DNA from: a virus
DNA: 54,448 bases
Direction: 5' to 3' (one strand)
IMG/VR virus record: IMGVR_UViG_3300045988_021759
Coordinates: 1 to 54,448 of that record
Shown here: piece by piece, positions 51,691-54,448 of the stretch
Layout: every line of letters begins with the position of its first letter
Position numbering within the stretch: the first letter of the stretch is position 1
Notes under the pieces: generated by a model
Databases searched by the model: none
What the model was told of the DNA's origin: nothing
The model's input: the letters and a program-made list of their open reading frames with translations, nothing else
Position numbers and translations under genes: made by a program

Positions 51691-51760
51691 GCGATGGCTC
51701 CCGCGACGCCCTTTCGGACGTTTCGACCTGTGCCGGAGGTCATCGTCAGGCGGGAAAAGC
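51691..51760 (-). ncRNA. Type I hammerhead ribozyme candidate (copy 1)
   Basis: Minus strand: UUUUCCCGC-CUGACGA-U-GACCU(CCGGCAC)AGGUC-GAA-ACGUCC(GAAA)GGGCGU-C|GCGGGAG. Predicted cleavage after the complement of 51705. The upstream ORF's stop codon is the UGA of the CUGA box. Confidence 0.75.
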
Positions 51761-51997
51761 GGGGCACACAGCGCCGCGAAAGTGCGTGAGCCGGATTGCG
51801 TGTTTCAGCTCCTTGTCGCTCATGCAAGCGGTTTGGAGCTGGCGGACAAATCCGATTGCCCACCAGAGGCCCTGCACCGTCTGGTGGTCGAGGATAGCCC
51901 GACGCTCTGCGTCGGTCTGGGCGGCGAAATACCGGCGGAGCGTTGCCTCGCAAGTCGAGACGAAGTTCACCGGAATGTTGATGGATGCAGTGTTCAT
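51746..51997 (-). CDS. Hypothetical protein
   Basis: ATG with AAGGAGG SD. Confidence 0.55.
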   Translation of the reverse strand: MNTASINIPVNFVSTCEATLRRYFAAQTDAERRAILDHQTVQGLWWAIGFVRQLQTACMSDKELKHAIRLTHFRGAVCPAFPA

Positions 51998-52010
51998 TGT
52001 GTTGTCCTCC

Positions 52011-52172
52011 TTACAGGTCGAGATAGATTGAAAGAGCGGTCAATGCGCTCTCCATGCCGAAGCCGTGACGGCGTTCTTCTGGCTCGTCGGAATCCTCCAT
52101 CTTGCGGGCCTGCTTCAGAACGGCGTTCATCGCTTCTTCGAGTTCTTTGGTGGTGATGTTCAGCTTTTTCAT
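52011..52172 (-). CDS. Small hypothetical protein (53 aa), first gene of early operon 1
   Basis: ATG at 52172 preceded by AGAGAGG. MKKLNITTKELEEAMNAVLKQARK... Confidence 0.5.
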   Translation of the reverse strand: MKKLNITTKELEEAMNAVLKQARKMEDSDEPEERRHGFGMESALTALSIYLDL

Positions 52173-52190
52173 TTTTCTTTACCTCTCTTG

Positions 52191-52320
52191 TTGATTTTCT
52201 AGCTTGTGAGTGTTATTATTTAGCTAGTATCTAATTTATCTCTGCGCTAGTTATTATACTAGCTTTTCGCTAATTTGTAAATAGCTTTGCGCTAATTTTT
52301 TTGAAAAAATTTAGCTAACT
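52191..52320. promoter_or_regulatory. Divergent immunity-region promoters and operators (cassette B at 52246..52300)
   Basis: Minus strand: TTTACA (52276..52281)-N17-TATAAT (52253..52258). Plus strand: TTGATT (52191..52196)-N17-TATTAT (52214..52219). Multiple GCTA(R)-N8-9-(Y)TAGC inverted repeats. Confidence 0.65.
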
Positions 52321-52341
52321 GTGAGTTTTGGAGGTTATCCC

Positions 52342-52743
52342 ATGGGCGCTTTTATGTTTGATCGACTTGACTTCTTGCTAAAAAGAAACGGAATGACGAG
52401 AAAAGCGCTGTGCGCAGCATCTGGCCATGCGGACAATTATATTCGGATGTTCGAGAAGCGAAACACGGAGCCTCCGAGAGAATTTGTAAATTTCTGCGCT
52501 CAGAAGCTAGACACAACTAGCGCATACCTATTTGGCGAAACCGACGACCCGGCAGCGCCCAGCGCTCAGGTTGTGCAGCCGGAAAAAGAAAAAGGCCCCG
52601 CAGCTGAAAGCCACGGGGTCACAGATGAAGATTTGAAATTTGCACTCTTTGGGGGCGGGGACGTGACCGACGCTCAATTTGAAGAGGTCAAGTCCTTCGC
52701 TCGTTTCGTAAGGGAGCGAGATGCGAATGGACAGAGTAAATGA
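52342..52743 (+). CDS. XRE-family HTH repressor (cI-like)
   Basis: ATG at 52342 with GGAGG SD. LLKRNGMTRKALCAASGHADNYIRMFEKRN HTH. Divergent from the early operon. Confidence 0.75.
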   Translation: MGAFMFDRLDFLLKRNGMTRKALCAASGHADNYIRMFEKRNTEPPREFVNFCAQKLDTTSAYLFGETDDPAAPSAQVVQPEKEKGPAAESHGVTDEDLKFALFGGGDVTDAQFEEVKSFARFVRERDANGQSK

Positions 52744-53146
52744 ATTATATAGTATTGCAGAAGAAAACGGTGTGGAGGTCTATAACTTCCCGCTGCCGCT
52801 CACTGGCAGCCTGAGCGAAGAAATAGACGGACGCTGCTGCATCGGCATGGACAGCACTCGGCGCTTCACGCGAGCCGAGGAAGCTGCGCGGCTTGGGCAT
52901 GAGCTGGGCCATTGTCTCTATGGAGGCTTCTACACCAAGTTGACGCCCTTTGACATCAAGGAGCGCCACGAGGCCAGAGCCGACCGGTGGTACATCCGGC
53001 ACTTCATCCCAGAGGACAAGCTGATGTCCATGCTGGAAGCCGGGATGGATGCTTGCGAGATAGCGGAAGAGCTGGACACCACGGAAGAGTATGTCCGGCG
53101 GGCCTACTACTATTACAAAGACGTGAGAGGGGGTGTCTTTCATTGA
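52721..53146 (+). CDS. ImmA/IrrE-family zinc metalloprotease
   Basis: HELGHCLYG (HExxH) motif. Directly downstream of the XRE repressor. Confidence 0.8.
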   Translation: MRMDRVNELYSIAEENGVEVYNFPLPLTGSLSEEIDGRCCIGMDSTRRFTRAEEAARLGHELGHCLYGGFYTKLTPFDIKERHEARADRWYIRHFIPEDKLMSMLEAGMDACEIAEELDTTEEYVRRAYYYYKDVRGGVFH

Positions 53147-54279
53147 AAAAGAGAACGACAACGGCGGAATGGCAGGAATGCACGAAGCGCTGGAGAATCC
53201 GGGTGCAGAAGAACGGTGTTATGAAGAGCTTTTACAGCAGCACACCGGGCAGAACCGGCCAGCGTGAAGCGAATGCCAAGGCGGACGCATGGCTTGACGA
53301 CAGTGTCCGGGACGGCAGGAAGAAGATTTCCGTTCTCTATGCTGAATGGGTCGAAGAAAAGGGTCTGACCTGCGGCACATCCTACAAAGAGCAATGTGAG
53401 AAGTACGGCAACTACTACATTCTTCCGGTGATTGGGAACCTTAGAATCGAGGACTTGACAGAGGGCGATCTGCAAAAAGCAATTGACACCTCTTTCAAAA
53501 AGCGCTGCCTGTGCAAGCGTAAGGTCATGAAGAACAGTGATAAACCGTTGAGCAAAAAGACGCTCATGACCATCCGTTCCGTTGAGAACAGCTTCGTCAA
53601 GTGGTGCAGGAAGAATAAATACACCACGCTGATGCCAGAGCTGACGATTCCTAAAAACGCCCGCATTGGAGAGAAGAAGATTCTCCAGCCGGAGGCTCTG
53701 CGCATCTTGTTTTCGGTCGATACGCGGAGGTGGTACGCGAAGAACGTCTTCGACGAATACATCTACGCCTATCGTTTCGCCGTATCTACCGGTGTTCGTC
53801 CCGGTGAGCTGGTCGGCCTCTGGTACGGCGATATCAAGGGTAACACGGTCAACCTCCGGCGCAGCATCAACACGCTGGACGAGGAAACCACCGGCAAGAA
53901 CGAGAACAGCATCCGCTCTTTCGATATGTGCGAACAGGCGCGGGAAGCCTATGAAGCGCAGGTGCAGCTCTTAAAAGATTCTGGCATACAGCTCAACTAT
54001 AATACCCCGCTGTTTCAAATCCCTTGCCAGCGCTCCCTCAAACGCCGGTGGGAGAAGTATCAGGATGGAAACGGTATCAGCCCGCGCATCACTCTGTACG
54101 AGCTGCGTCACACCTTTGTCAGCATGGAGGCCGGGGAACTGACGGACGGCCAACTGAAGATGCTTGTCGGCCACAGCAGGAACATGGACACCTTCGGCGT
54201 ATACCGGCACGAGATCAAAGGCCAGCGCGAGGCGCTTGCAGCAGCCACGACGGCTGCCATCAACAAGGCGCACGGCTGA
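53143..54279 (+). CDS. int: Tyrosine integrase (TTG start)
   Basis: TTG at 53143 with GAGAGGGGG SD. N-terminal arm-binding-like WRIRVQKNGV...ANAKADAWL. Catalytic LYELRHTFVS and GHSRNMDTFGVYRH motifs. Confidence 0.85.
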   Translation: MKKRTTTAEWQECTKRWRIRVQKNGVMKSFYSSTPGRTGQREANAKADAWLDDSVRDGRKKISVLYAEWVEEKGLTCGTSYKEQCEKYGNYYILPVIGNLRIEDLTEGDLQKAIDTSFKKRCLCKRKVMKNSDKPLSKKTLMTIRSVENSFVKWCRKNKYTTLMPELTIPKNARIGEKKILQPEALRILFSVDTRRWYAKNVFDEYIYAYRFAVSTGVRPGELVGLWYGDIKGNTVNLRRSINTLDEETTGKNENSIRSFDMCEQAREAYEAQVQLLKDSGIQLNYNTPLFQIPCQRSLKRRWEKYQDGNGISPRITLYELRHTFVSMEAGELTDGQLKMLVGHSRNMDTFGVYRHEIKGQREALAAATTAAINKAHG

Positions 54280-54288
54280 CCGCCTATT

Positions 54289-54310
54289 TGACCCAGTTTT
54301 TGACCCAGTA
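54289..54310. repeat. TGACCCAGT(T/A) motif x2; candidate integrase arm-type sites (P arm)
   Basis: tgacccagtttt tgacccagta, starting 10 nt after the int stop. Same motif as 127..150. Confidence 0.5.
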
Positions 54311-54328
54311 AATTTTCCTAAAGCACAA

Positions 54329-54368
54329 AAAGGGCTTGCCATCACCGGCAAGCCCTTTGTCATTTTAT
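54329..54368 (+). terminator. Intrinsic terminator of the lysogeny operon
   Basis: 12-bp stem aaagggcttgcc/ggcaagcccttt, loop atcacc, then gtcatttt. Confidence 0.8.
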
Positions 54369-54371
54369 GAT

Positions 54372-54448
54372 GCTGTTTCGTTCAAAACGGTTTGTTTTTT
54401 ATTTTATCAAAAAGGACAACCGTTGTTCGATTCCCATTGCCCGCTCCA
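54372..54448. repeat. Terminal direct repeat, exact copy of 1..77
   Basis: Identical 77 nt. Confidence 0.95.

Larger units (their letters stand above)
1..54448. mobile_element. Complete temperate siphovirus-like phage genome (circular permutation; 54,371-bp unit plus 77-bp overlap)
   Basis: Contiguous lysogeny, early, replication/recombination, packaging, head, tail and lysis modules. Terminal 77-nt identity. No host housekeeping genes seen. Confidence 0.9.

Overview
The window is one complete, circularly assembled temperate siphovirus-like phage genome. The first 77 nt are identical to the last 77 nt, so the unit length is 54,371 bp. GC content is high (roughly 58% by eye), Shine-Dalgarno sites are strong, and the gene content looks Firmicutes/Clostridia-like: LL-H holin, PBSX-type terminase, RecU, DnaD, QueT. 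Almost all genes are on the minus strand. Reading right to left: early operon 1 (52172->45584), early operon 2 with recombination/replication genes (45325->33504), a roughly 870-nt structured non-coding gap holding a tRNA and tRNA-like array, then a late operon (32630->296) with packaging, head, tail, tail-fibre and lysis genes. The plus strand carries only the lysogeny module (XRE repressor, ImmA-like protease, tyrosine integrase, 52342..54279). This is followed by a candidate attP whose core is the 3' end of a tRNA-Gly-like gene. Points worth a second look: (1) a complete diversity-generating retroelement (RT, double-length Avd-like protein, TR/VR pair with 20/20 adenine-specific mismatches) targeting the C-terminus of a 2,228-aa tail fibre; (2) two intercistronic type I hammerhead ribozyme candidates with compensatory stem changes; (3) a translationally coupled ParB-like/DpdA-like/QueT cassette suggesting 7-deazaguanine DNA modification from salvaged precursor, with a G10 tract at the dpdA-queT junction; (4) a terS whose conserved HTH lies upstream of any canonical start codon, with an AUU start candidate in frame with queT across a TGA; (5) aberrant tRNA-like genes and stacked terminators gating the late operon; (6) a 55-bp promoter/operator cassette present twice. 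All functional calls come from motif recognition by eye. No database search was run.
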